Shown here: positions 51,649 through 63,327 of the stretch, one piece after another
Position numbering within the stretch: the stretch's first letter is position 1
Layout: each line of letters begins with the position of its first letter
Assembly (NCBI GenBank): GCA_010405405.1
Contig: MU004237.1
Span: 782,191-846,190 of the forward strand
Direction: 5' to 3'
Length of the DNA stretch: 64,000 bases
Source: Microthyrium microscopicum
Lineage: Eukaryota
The notes under the pieces: generated by a model
What the model was told of the DNA's origin: nothing
What the model saw: the letters and a program-made list of their open reading frames with translations, nothing else
Database searches by the model: none
Made by a program: the position numbers and the translations under genes

Positions 51649-53892
51649 CTAAATCGCAGGCCTATCCATCAACCCACTCGCCTCTCCCCTCCACTCAAAC
51701 ATCCTCCCATCAACCTTCTCCCCCTCCTCCAACAATCCCTCCTCCACAAACTCAATCTCACATCCAACCTCCCAAAACGCACCCCCATCAAGCTTCCTCA
51801 ACGCCGCCGCTATCTGTGCGCTCGGCACATACCACGCACTTCCCCGAATCACATGTTCCGGACCATCAGCTACCGGTGACGTGCTAACCGCCGCTGGCCA
51901 TGGGCCAAAGTACTTGATACGCCAGCCTGATACGATGGCGGGCAGGACGACGGGCTTGGTTGGCAGTTCGAGGAGGTCTGCTAGCACGGTGGGCGATTGC
52001 ACTGACCCGTAGAAGAAGTACCAGGCTGCGCGAGGGGCGCGGATTGGGCTTGCGAGCGGGAAGGAGGGGAGATGGACGGGTAGAGCGGGGTGACGTTGGG
52101 GTTGGTGCGATGGGCTGGGGTTGAGTTCATTAGGTGCTGGCATGGAGGTTTTGCGGGCAACGGCAGGTGGTGTTTGGGCAATGTAGATTTTTCGAGCGAG
52201 GGCCGGCTTGACGATTCTTGAGGTGCGAGCGGGTGAATGAGCTGGTGAGTGGGATCGCGGACTGTAGGTGTCGTAAAAGGGATGGCTTTTGGGACTCTCT
52301 ATGGGCGAGGAGGTTGTTGATGGTGATGCTTGTGAAGGCAGATAGGCAGTTCTGTCGTCATGGCCGTCTGGCGAAGTTATGACTACTGGTGGGTTTATGG
52401 CCTCGTGCTCGTCGGCAAAGGTCACTTTGGATGGCGATGACACTTGTGGTTGCCCGATGGGCGGAAGATCACTTGCACTTAGACTTTTGGACAGTGGGAG
52501 GGGTGGAGTGGTTTGTGGTTTGGAGTCGCTGAAGGTGAGGCTTCGACCTCGTTTGGACATGATGCCCTTGGACGGATAGATGCTATCCTTTCGACGTCGC
52601 GGTATCGCACTCGTGCTGGGCGGCGAGGCTGGAGGAACAAAATCGGTCGTGGCGGTATATGGTGAGACGTATTTTGGTACTGTGACTGCAGGAGGTCGAA
52701 TGCCTGATGGTTTTGCAGAAGTCTTGGATTCTTCATGCAAATTCTCTCTTGAAATTGTAGAGCTCCACGAGTTGTTTTCAACCGAGACTGTCTCCCCGAC
52801 AGAGGCTCTGGGAGACACTGGTGGTGAAGGCCGTGAAGATGGTGCGGACTCTTCATTATCAGAATCATCGCTTTCACTTTCTGTCTCAGACTCCCAGATT
52901 GATTGTTGTCGACCTTTGAACACTTCTTTGACAGGTGTGATGACCTCAACATCGGTATCGCTTGGTTTCTTTGGTGCTTCTGGAACAATCCCTGTCCTAG
53001 TTGCACCCAGCGGAGATCTATCGAAAGGGTTGATGTCAAAGACTGTCCTCTGCGGTGTAGGTGCTCCTTGCAAGGTACTCTCACTCGCTCTGTGAGACGG
53101 AGGCAATCCAGCGCTATAAGTCTTTGGGACGAGACCATTGTTTTTGAAAGCGTCAGTTAGACTATCCACAGATTTCACCAAAGTGTATATTGCTGGGATC
53201 AAAGAATCGAATTTCCTTTCCAAAGATGATATTCGATGCTCTAGAGGGCGAAACGATTCAGATTGTGGAGAGATACCCGTAGTTTCCGTGATGGAGTGAT
53301 GAGATATCGAGTTTACCCGCGAAGATCTTATCCTCGCATTGGAAGGACGTCGAGAGTATGCATTTGCAGTGTATGGTGTTCCTGCTTGAGCATAGGAATC
53401 TCGAAGAGCGGTTTCTGAGCTATATGACTTGATTGACTGTCCACTGAGATGATGCTGAGGCTGTCTGCGAGCCGAAGGCTTAGATATTGACGATCTCGGC
53501 GAATACGATGTTTCCGATGGCAACCAAAATCCAGGTTTCGAAGGATAAAAACGGTTGATAGAGGGATGTTCTGGGCGCAAAGATCCATGAGGGCCGATCA
53601 TAGGTTTAGATGATGGAGATAAACCCTCGGGACTGCTATATACACTGTCGAAAGAAGGTCGGCCTTCTCTTTCTTGAGCCCAACATCTAGCTGGAAAACT
53701 GCCAGCCACTGAAGAGCCTATCTGTAAGCCGGGACCATACATAGCAGTGACTGGTGTAGTAACACGAATATCTGCCGTGGTGGCAGACGCAATTGGCTCG
53801 TCGGTGATACTCGCTGCATCAGAATATGGACTAACCTCGTAAGTCTCATTTGATTTGAATGGTACATAAGGAGTAATGTCATTGAGCGCCAT
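51649..53892 (-). CDS. Protein with long Ser/Pro-rich disordered region and C-terminal gamma-glutamylcyclotransferase (AIG2-like) domain
   Basis: Single long ORF. C-terminal YFFYGSVQSPTVL...PAIVSGWRIKYFGPWPA resembles GGCT/AIG2. First in-frame ATG at 53892. Confidence 0.72.
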   Translation of the reverse strand: MALNDITPYVPFKSNETYEVSPYSDAASITDEPIASATTADIRVTTPVTAMYGPGLQIGSSVAGSFPARCWAQEREGRPSFDSVYSSPEGLSPSSKPMIGPHGSLRPEHPSINRFYPSKPGFWLPSETSYSPRSSISKPSARRQPQHHLSGQSIKSYSSETALRDSYAQAGTPYTANAYSRRPSNARIRSSRVNSISHHSITETTGISPQSESFRPLEHRISSLERKFDSLIPAIYTLVKSVDSLTDAFKNNGLVPKTYSAGLPPSHRASESTLQGAPTPQRTVFDINPFDRSPLGATRTGIVPEAPKKPSDTDVEVITPVKEVFKGRQQSIWESETESESDDSDNEESAPSSRPSPPVSPRASVGETVSVENNSWSSTISRENLHEESKTSAKPSGIRPPAVTVPKYVSPYTATTDFVPPASPPSTSAIPRRRKDSIYPSKGIMSKRGRSLTFSDSKPQTTPPLPLSKSLSASDLPPIGQPQVSSPSKVTFADEHEAINPPVVITSPDGHDDRTAYLPSQASPSTTSSPIESPKSHPFYDTYSPRSHSPAHSPARTSRIVKPALARKIYIAQTPPAVARKTSMPAPNELNPSPSHQPQRHPALPVHLPSFPLASPIRAPRAAWYFFYGSVQSPTVLADLLELPTKPVVLPAIVSGWRIKYFGPWPAAVSTSPVADGPEHVIRGSAWYVPSAQIAAALRKLDGGAFWEVGCEIEFVEEGLLEEGEKVDGRMFEWRGEASGLMDRPAI

Positions 53893-55274
53893 GATGCCAA
53901 TAGTTGTTGTTTGAAAAGGACGAGCAATTGGTGTGATGATCAATAAAACGAATGGATTGAAGATCAAAGGGAAAATGAGTGTATCTCAATGATTTGAGCA
54001 AAGGCAAGATGCCTAGGGGCTTGTCACTCAGAGATAATATGTATTTGATCAATCATTGTTTGGTAGACTGTGGGGCAAGCTCAGGGGAAAACAACCTGAT
54101 AATGGGGATTTTTGATGGCATAACATGAAGTAACAGGCTCGTCCATGGCATTATTGGCAGCGGACGAAGGGTCAATCCAGACTCATTTACTGGGACACGT
54201 GCTGGAGGATAAGTTTGGCCTATATCTTGGCTATCAGCTGAAGCTTAATCACACCAAGTGTTCTCCAGCAAAATACAGGGTGTGATGAGTGGAAAATGAC
54301 GCCTCCGTACCAGATATCAGGTAGTATGTATAGATCCAGCCATTGGACATAAACGCCACCAATATTGAAATTGACGGATGCAAGAAATATAACTTAAAAT
54401 AGAACCGAATGGGTATTGTTATGGTTAACGATAAAAATGAATAATGAAAGAGAGGGTAGGTAGAAAAGGATCGCCATATCAGAAGTGTGGACACGGGGAG
54501 CTTCTGCGATAAGCGAGTACCATCCAGACGTAGTTTGGTAATAGAGCTAAAGCCACTTCCTCTAATTGGATGGTAACGAGATGGAGTAGCATCATTAATG
54601 TAGTGACCCATAAAAGGACTAGATGGGGCAGGTGGGATTTATCAAAAGCAAGCACTCGATCCAGAAACATTCAAGAGGACAGGCATCGTAGTGGCTTGCG
54701 ACCCACTTACACTTATTGTGATGAGAGAAGAATCGATACACGAGAATCCAGAAAATGCCCCGAGTTCTTGCACCGCTGGCTAGGAATATCGGACCAGGCG
54801 GAATATGCATAAGAGCTCAAATCCGTCATGGCAAGAGGTTGCCAGCCATAATGATGGTCCTTAGCCTCCATACAATAGAGTTAGTAAAACTTCACACAAA
54901 ATTGATATGAATATGAACCAGGTAAATGCGAAGAAGGTCAATATTGACAAAATACTCGGGCATGAACATTATGGATGTATAATGTATGCATGCTTCATCG
55001 TGCGTTGTGTTAAAGAAGTCTTTCCATTTGAGTAGACTGCTGAGATTTGTATGATTGTATGCTTAAAGTCTCATACATGCGATCTTGTCAGTGGTGTTGC
55101 GAAATGTATTTTGGCATCAACACTATGTAAGCATAATTATGAATTTATGATAGACTCTCAGAGAAGTGTTTACGATATAAGGGGTAGGCCCATTCTAAAG
55201 ATGTATGATCTTAGTCAAAGAAAAAGCCAGATATTGTTATACGAATTTTGGGCAAATCCCAGCTTGAAGGATAA

Positions 55275-55409
55275 GCTGTTTTGGCCGAGTGGTCTAAGGT
55301 ATTTACGCACCATTTCAATACGAATTAGTCAGATTGTCTAACTTGACGCAGGCGCTGGTTTTAAGCACCAGTTTCGAAAGAAGCGTCGGTTCGAACCCGA
55401 CAGACAGCA
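55275..55409 (+). tRNA. tRNA-Leu(UAA): tRNA-Leu (anticodon TAA) interrupted by a 53-nt intron in the D-stem
   Basis: Exon 1 55275-55298 GCTGTTTTGGCCGAGTGGTCTAAG plus exon 2 55352-55409 fold as a complete type II cloverleaf: acceptor GCTGTTT/AGACAGC+A, anticodon stem CTGGT/ACCAG with loop TTTAAGC, variable arm TTC-GAAA-GAA, T arm GTCGG-TTCGAAC-CCGAC. A and B boxes are intact. Confidence 0.92.
55299..55351 (+). other. Spliceosomal-type (GT-AG) intron within the tRNA-Leu gene
   Basis: AG|GTATTT donor, CTAAC branch site at 55338-55342 and CAG|G acceptor at 55349-55351. Exact removal restores the tRNA. Confidence 0.8.
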
Positions 55410-55434
55410 ATTTCACTTCAGTATTGAAACTCTC

Positions 55435-55441
55435 TTTTTTT
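55435..55441 (+). terminator. Probable Pol III terminator (T7) of the tRNA gene
   Basis: Run of 7 T about 25 nt downstream of the tRNA 3' end. Confidence 0.65.
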
Positions 55442-57089
55442 GGTATGCTCATAATACCATCTACATTAGGGTGCTTGTTTTTGCTGTCATTGAATGAGGA
55501 TATTCAATGATGTTTTGAAAGAGAAAGGTCGGTAGCGTACCGTTACCATGCAACCACTGTATGTTTTATCCTGATAATATATAAACTTTAGTGTCTAGTA
55601 AAGATGCTGAGTACTCTTATCTATGATTTGGGCCTTGCATGATGCCGAACGATATCACAATATCAATTTCAATTGTACCTACATTCAGGAATCCTTGTTT
55701 CCCAATTCCTATCATACACTCAGCCTCGCCTAACAGTACTCTACTCTAGCCTGATTAAATACATAAAATGGCTGTGCATTATCCCTATTGTGGCGCATTA
55801 TTGGAGCACACGACTTGCCCAGTCCGACATTGATTCGCGTTTCTATTTGATCTTCCAACTTCTCCTTGCGCAAGTTCTACTCTATCCACGGGAGACAAGG
55901 ACCTACCCGAAATCTGTCAATCTCCGGTCAAGAACAAGAAAAGAGTGCTAAACAGAATTTGGTAATAACCTTCGCGACGAATTAGCAATGCATGCAAGCG
56001 TTATGCGCGAGCACTGCAATTCTCCAACAGATGGAAAGATGCCCAAAACTGCGCCACCATTTCCACCCACCGGGCACCCTGGCATTTGGCCCCCACCGCC
56101 CTTTCACTGTGCTCTTCTGCTCCTCTCCACCAGCAAAGTGATCCTAAAGGCGGAGGAAGCAGGTTGGGCGCTTGTCATGGCGGGTATTCGTTTGGGCTTG
56201 ATCATCGCATATCGAACCAAATCGCCACCAACGTGGAGGAAGGAAGGCAACGAGATTGTCACGATCGTCAGAACTGCCCGCAGAGCCCCAGTCTTAGATT
56301 GAACAGTCAGCGACGTTGAAGATGCTGGGCGCATGCATGTTGCTCGTGCTGGGCCGGCTTCGCCAGCGATACCTTGTGGACGGCCAGCGAGCTCTTCCGT
56401 TGCTTGGTGCGGGCAATCTGCTGTTCGAGGTACCAAGTCACACGAATTTGGTTACAAGTCTTGTTTGCCTTGAAATGTCTCCGCGACACCAGTGACCAGA
56501 CGGGGCACTGTTGTAAATGGCACAGCAGATGATGATTGAAAAAAGGCGGCGGAACAGGCGACCCGTGGACCCGTTGAGACTTGAACTGCTTGGAGTTGGA
56601 TGGCAGGGTGTCAGATGGTTGTTGCCAATCATTTCTCATGAAATCTATGAACCTCATTTGGGAGGCCGGCTTGGACATGGCTTGCATTCTTTCGGATTCC
56701 CATGCTAAGCGTAGTTCCTAGTAGTGTGAGCAGATCATGAGAGCAAGGGTTTAAACTGCCGGCTTATTTTTAAAACCTCTGCGATATCTCTCTCTTGCTT
56801 CCCATCCCATCCTGCAGTTTCATCCTCCCTTCCTTCCATTCCATTACCATACACTTCCTCGCCGCCCACTTATTTATCCTACCCCGGTGCTGACTGTTCC
56901 TCCAAGTCTTCACTTTATATTCCTATCTTCCCATACAAATTACAATCCCTCAACAACTCTACACTCTCTCCTGCCTATCAGTCCTCCAACCCTTGACTGG
57001 TGAGATTCCTACCCCGCAGATCACTCCGACTCGCAAGCCCCCACCCATACCAAACCACCAGATTACCACCAAGCAATAAAACACAAACT

Positions 57090-58673
57090 ATGGCTGGCCA
57101 CTTGCGCGCCGGTTATGCCGACGAAACTGACGATGAATGGTACGAACGTGGCTGGAGCCGTCATGTCGCCGCCCCAGCTCCTCCACGCACCACCATGCTC
57201 GCTCCCGACCGCTACGACTATGGCCGAGCCACCCACCAGCGCTCACGTAGCACCGGCGCCCGTCCAGCTCCCAACGTAACAGTCTACAACTCGATCCGCA
57301 ATGAAGACGAACATCCCACATATTCAGGCCAGCAAGGCTCACACCGTCGCAGCGGCAGTCGCTATGAGACTGAGGAGCTTGTTGACGCTATCGATGGTGT
57401 TGCGCGCGAAGTGCGCCGTGGACGTAGCCCGGCACCTGGTATGCCGATGATGGCGCCTGGCATGATGTATCCACCGCGTGAGCAAAGCCCATATCTGCAG
57501 ATGGAGTTGGTGCGGCAGCAGGAGCGTCAACGCGGCCAGTATGAGCTTGAGCGCGAGCGCGAGCATTTGGAGAATGAGCTTGCAAGGGAGCGACTGGATG
57601 CTAGAGAACGCGCAGAGACAGAGGCGCAGTTGATTCGGACGAGGGCGGAGATTCGAAGACTCAAGGAGCGGTTGCAGGATGAGGAGCTTGAGGAGAAGCG
57701 TCGCGACGATCAGGACAAATACAAACGTGATATCGAGTATGAGAGGCTCAAGGATAATCTACGAAGACAAAGTGAGGACGCTCGTCGTAAGGAGGAGCGG
57801 ACTTTGATCATCATGGAACAAGAACGCAAGGAACGTGAGGACAAGGAGAGGAAGAGACGTGAGAGACTTGAGTATGAGAACAAGAAGAAGGAAGAAGAGG
57901 AGGAGGAGAAGGCTCTGATTCAAGGATACCAGGTCAAACAAGATGCCAAAAAGAGGGCTGAGAAAGAGAGAGAAGAGGCCGCTATTGCTGCCTATCACAA
58001 GAAACAAGCGGAAGAAAAGAAGAAGCGCGAAGACTTGATGGCTCAATTCAAGAGAGAAGAGGACGAGCGGAAAGAAAAGGAAAAGAAAGAGAAGGAGATG
58101 TGGAGGCTACGGATTGAAAAGGAGGAGGAAGACAAAAAGAAAAAGAAGAAAGAAGAAGAAGAGAAAGTCGATGAAGCAATGCGCAAGAAGCTGGCCAAGT
58201 TTGGGTTCCAGAACAACCAAGTTGAAGCCATACTCGACGATAAGAAAGCCAACGCTCTTCGGCCTGGCCAATCTCCTGGCAATCCTATTAGACCTGGTAA
58301 CCAGCTCGCCATCGCCAAACCAACCTATATCCGCATTCACCGCAACCACATCGATGTTGAAACGTTAAGATACTTCGGTCTACCATACGAATACGATACA
58401 GTAAGTACTACCCGTCTCTACGCTTCAACACGCACTAATGTCAGCTAGCACGACTCCAACTACATCGTTATCCTCCAAGAAATTGACCACCACGAGACTG
58501 AAATCCTATTCGAACATACGCGTAAACTGCGCAAAGGAGCATCGAGCCTCTTAATTGAAGACCGTGGCCGCAAGAATCACCCACAATATGCCTTTGTCCG
58601 ACGACGCTCCGTCAGCCGGCGCAAGTCATCTCCTAAACGAGTCAGTGTAAACCTCGGTGGCCTCTTTGGTTGA
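57090..58673 (+). CDS. Coiled-coil (E/K/R-rich) protein with conserved fungal C-terminal domain (DUF8035-like)
   Basis: Long charged helix, then PTYIRIHRNHIDVETLRYFGLPYEYD|...YIVILQEID..ETEILFEHTRKLR across intron 58401-58448. Confidence 0.75.
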
Positions 58674-59430
58674 GGCCTTCTACCCTATTTCCCTATCTGC
58701 CTACCTAGTCTTCTTTCAAGAACGATATCATAACACAATGATGGTATGCAAAGAATTAAAATTTATATACCAATCAAATCAGCAGGCGTTAGCGTAGCTG
58801 TGCGCATTGCACCCCCAAATATGTCTAGTACTCTACTATCCGCTACGCTGATTGCCTGGGGAGATTTTTAGTGTTTGCTACTTTGAGTACATAGAATGCC
58901 ATTGCTGATATGTTTTTATCTCAAGCAGGTTATACAGCTTTCCTAGATGCAAATACGACCTATTCCTTCTCTTCTTTCCTACTATACGATACCTCGATGT
59001 TCTGCCACTATCAAGTACCGCGTGTCACGCATGTCTCACACACCGTGGTTTCCTTGCTGGTGATCATAGTTCACGTGGCACACACTATCCAACTAGCGAT
59101 TTTAGGTTATTGATCAGGCGGGATGCTTCGATGGATGATAATGGGTTTCCTTCTCAGGTAGAGTTGTTTGGTGTCACTTTGTAAGAACTGAGCAAGTTGG
59201 TCATTGGTGCGTTTGATTTATGTTTTTGATATCCCTATTCTGTGCAGTTCGTTCGTCCTATAGTTACAGATTCCTATTATTGCTTTGAGCGGTGCGTCTA
59301 TGCTGTATATGTGAAGAGTCGCGTTCCCAGTCATACATGGGCATTCAAAACCGCCCCTAAGTGAAGTTTCAACAAACACCAACACCGACTCCAAGTTTCC
59401 CGTCATAGCCTATATGGTACAAACTCGATC

Positions 59431-60474
59431 TTAGACGATTCTAGCCTTCTCCTGAATAGAGTCCTCGCGCAACCACCGTACTTCCGCCCGCCGAACTAAC
59501 TCCTCATACACCGTCCACGCCAACGCAGAACTCATCCCCTTCCTCGCCATCCTGAGCCCCAACCCATCAAATAAACACCGCCATCCCTCTTCCCGGACCA
59601 TCATCTTACACGCTTTCACCATATTCCCATACCGCGTAGGCTGTAACTGCAGTCTTGTCTTAATCGCATCAAACGGATTCGTAATCGCCGTCGCCGCTCC
59701 CGCCGCAATCGTCCCCGATGTGAAATTTATACCCGCCGAACTCCCCAAATATCCACCGTCCGCATCCGCCGTATGGCCAGACAGCGAATGTAATCGGCGC
59801 TTGCCAGCTTCATAGAATAGCACGTAAAGCCCCGCATACGGCGCATCACGTACGGCCGTCGCGCCAAAACCTGCGAAAAATCCACGCCATCCACCTGTGC
59901 TGAAGATATCGCGGCTTGCAGAGCCAATGGACGTGTATGCGTATAGCGAGCTTTCATAGCGGACTTTTATGACTGTTATTGGCATCATTACAAATCCTGC
60001 TGCGGCGCGTGCGAATGCGCCTGTTAGGAGATTCGCTGTATGCGTAAGGCGCGGTTTGCCTGCTCCGCCATCGGGGTTGGGAGGGACGACGCCGAAGCCA
60101 GGGCGCGCGAGGACGGCGCCGCGTAGCCAGTCGAGGCCGCCAAAGTAGAGTGCTGAGCCGGCGCCGGTGCGGATGGCGGAGGGGAGGGTGCCGCGCCAGA
60201 GAGTGCGGACGGGGTGGGGGGAGGAGGCGATTAGTCGCAGGGTTTGGAGGAGGGTTGTGTGTTGGGATTGTTGGAGGCGGGTTTTGAGGAGGTCGGCGGG
60301 TTGGAGGAGGATGGAGGATGTTAGGCCGCTGAGGAGACCGGCGCCGAAGTGGAATGCTAGAGAGGATGTTAGCTGGACTGGGTGTTTGCATCTTGGTAAG
60401 GGAAGTTGTGGGGAGGAAGACGGACACTTGCGGGTCAGGGCCGAAGTCTTGGAGAGGTCGCCATTTTCGGGCAT
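59431..60474 (-). CDS. HEM25: Mitochondrial glycine carrier (SLC25A38/Hem25)
   Basis: [69 protein letters not shown] and RMARK..SSALAW. Confidence 0.9.
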   Translation of the reverse strand: MPENGDLSKTSALTRKCPSSSPQLPLPRCKHPVQLTSSLAFHFGAGLLSGLTSSILLQPADLLKTRLQQSQHTTLLQTLRLIASSPHPVRTLWRGTLPSAIRTGAGSALYFGGLDWLRGAVLARPGFGVVPPNPDGGAGKPRLTHTANLLTGAFARAAAGFVMMPITVIKVRYESSLYAYTSIGSASRDIFSTGGWRGFFAGFGATAVRDAPYAGLYVLFYEAGKRRLHSLSGHTADADGGYLGSSAGINFTSGTIAAGAATAITNPFDAIKTRLQLQPTRYGNMVKACKMMVREEGWRCLFDGLGLRMARKGMSSALAWTVYEELVRRAEVRWLREDSIQEKARIV

Positions 60475-61253
60475 TGCAGTTCGATCTTATTGAAGGCCCT
60501 GGAAACGTGTATCTATGCTTGTTATTTGAAGGTATGGTTGCATTGCGGATTGTGATGCATGGGCTTGTCGACTATCGAGCGTAGCTGCCGAGCATGAATA
60601 GGACAAGATAGGGGGGGACAGGGTCTGATCGAGGGCAAGAACGAGTCGCCAGCGACTATTCTCCACACAAGTATATAAGACGCAGAAATTCAGTTCGTGA
60701 TGGCGAAGATTGAAGCTCTTGGAGCGTCAAGAAACTGCAAAAGCAAACCAGAAAAGTGATGATGCTCGATTTTATGCACGGACCAATGACAAGGCTGAGG
60801 ATCCTCAGCCTTATTGATTTAGTTTAGGACATCGTATTCATACATCAGCTTGTGCATATTCGCTTATTTGGCCGTCAAGTCAGGGGTGATAGCGAGTTCT
60901 AACCTATCTAATTCGGAGCTGTCATTGAATTTCAGAATAAATAAGAACAGAGCAAATCTTCAGTGATGTCCCAACAAAGTAAGAGCGCAGACATGTTAAC
61001 CTTAATTTATGCCATGAAGGGAAGGTCTGCGTGCGCTAAAGCTGGGTAGTCATAGCCACATACATGCGAGCTTTCACTGCTTGAGTGTGCTAGAAAATTC
61101 CGTCTAGAGGCAACACTGAAACTTGACGTCAATAGTCACTGACTGAAGTGAGGCGGTGACTGATCCACAGAGAGCCAGCTGATTTCGAACTATTTTATAA
61201 TGAACTGTTCTACTTCATTCCTCCACAAACTTCCAAACGAAATACCGGCACAA

Positions 61254-62164
61254 ATGGATGACAACGACGAGGAGACCTCTTTCCTGGAGAAAGATGCAGA
61301 AAGAATCAATTTCAACAACGGAAACACTCAAAAAGAGAGAAATTGGCAATTTTGCACTTTCTTCCTTGCTCTTCTACTCATCATCGAAACTGCAATTCTG
61401 CTGTCGTCTCAATCAATTTCTAGGGATGTCTCAAGATCTTATTCGACAGGGTTTGACAGCGACCTGAGTAAGTGTTTTGCTGAGTGCTTCTATTATTGCT
61501 AAATGCTGCAGACTCCTTCGCTCGCTCGATAAAAGTTGTGAAGACGACATTCAAAAGCGGTGCTCTTGTGGGCGATGACAAAGGGGACTTTGTTTTCGTA
61601 CGCGATACCACCGAGCCTGCCTATGTGACGAGTGCCGGAGCCTCAATGGAAGAGGTTGATCGCAACTGGATCGAACTGATTGGCGGTAATATCACTTTCC
61701 ATGAAGCAAGAAGACAAGTTAACTAACATAGAGCAGACAGGTATTTCAACCTCACTCAATCTGAAATTCGACAATTGGATCCCAACATACTTCAGGCTGG
61801 AACTCAAGCTCCAAACGATCGGACCAACGAATGGAACTCTGCCGGTGTGTTCGGCGGTGTTGATATGTTCCATTCACTACACTGCGTAAACTCCCTACGC
61901 CTAGCTCTTGATGGACGGAAGGATTATCTGAGTGAAGAGCTGCAACATAACATTGATCAACTTCATATGGACCATTGCATAGAGCACCTTAGGCAAGCGA
62001 TACTTTGCCATGGGGATCTTACTCCCGTTACTCTCACACCAGTATATGATTTCCAGCGCAATCTTCTGAATTTGGTGGGTCAGACGAGATACCCACATAC
62101 CTGTCGGGATTGGAAGAGCATACAGCAAGAGCTGAGAACTCGGGATAGTGAGTGGCTTCATTGA
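61254..62164 (+). CDS. DUF3328/UstYa-like oxidase
   Basis: N-terminal transmembrane helix and two HxxHC motifs (FHSLHCVNSLR, HMDHCIEHLRQAILCHGD), with terminal HTCRDW; two introns. Confidence 0.88.
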
Positions 62165-63327
62165 GTGCAGAAGAACAAACCCGTAGACCTAAATGAAATG
62201 AAATGAGGCACACTTCGCTTGAAAACTAGTAGCTTGTAGGAGCTATTTCTGTGAAGAAGTGAGAGGCGTAGAAGCTACGGAGACGCTCGAACAAAGACAA
62301 TGGCTTTCTGCCATCTTTGCCAAAAAAAATTGGCAGAGACCATGTACCAATGGGGCGTGATTGATCTTCCGTTTCTTCATTTTTACTGTTGTCATGGCTC
62401 TCATTATGACTGAGCATGCACGCCGGCGGAAACGAATTCCAGGAGCTTGCCTCGCCAGTGATTACATCTGCAAGCTCTGTGTTTGCTTCTACAAGATGTC
62501 TGCTCGTTGGTCGGCACTTGCAATCGTAAGTGTGGTCGAAACTAATGCGGGTTCTGGACATTCGGGCGATTCTCTGAATGAGGAAGCTATCGTCCTGTCT
62601 CTTCGCCCTTGTGCAAGCTATGGTATCGCAGGGCTAGTTCTTGCTTCCAGCTCTCATACTGCCAAAGATGACCTTTGCTACTAGCCGGAGTTCAGAGATG
62701 CCGTGAGCAACATCGTGGAAAGTGTCGGCCATCTCCGGAGAGGCGTGTTCTCTGAAAGATAGAGGAGACATTGAATCGAAGCGGGTACGCAGCAAGATTA
62801 GAGCATCTGGGATCTAAAGTCTGGAATATGTGGTCTAATAGATCTGCGTTAGAGAGAACCTGACAGAAGTGGTAAAACAAAAGAAGCAGGAGTGAGGTTG
62901 TGAATGGAACGGGACGGATAGATCCCGAAGCGGATACGCTAACCAGGCTAGGTTAGATCAATCATCGCCTCAACTTCATCTGGATTCTGGATTCATTCCG
63001 CCAACATAACTTTGATCAGGCTGTGCGACAATAAGCTATGTGATGGTTGTGCGTTAGCTGTTGATGTGAACATTAATCTCAGTGGGTACCATGATGTTCA
63101 TTGATTGGCCCTTCTGCACATGCATAAGCTTGACAAGGCAGCCGGGCAGTGCATGGCAGCATGAGAGGCACACTTACTCTCTAACTTCGCCTCAAACCTA
63201 GCAGAACATTGACCATTGTCAGAACCTACATTCTCCTTGTATACTTAACCAGCATGGCCAACAACAACTGATATCAGTTATTAGCTCAGGCAAAGGTTCG
63301 CAGCAGATTTATCCACTGTTACGAGAA

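Noticed and set aside
55299..55351. Canonical TSEN-type or BHB tRNA intron
   Set aside because: Not at position 37/38, and I could not form a bulge-helix-bulge at the junctions. Only short internal hairpins are present, whereas the GT/CTAAC/CAG signals are complete.
55673..56708. Overlapping short ORFs between the tRNA and the coiled-coil gene
   Set aside because: No family features; likely chance ORFs in promoter/UTR sequence.
62226..62880. Possible F-box-like or RiPP precursor gene next to DUF3328
   Set aside because: Fragments are in different frames, with no signal peptide or KR-delimited repeats; only a vague F-box-like phrase.
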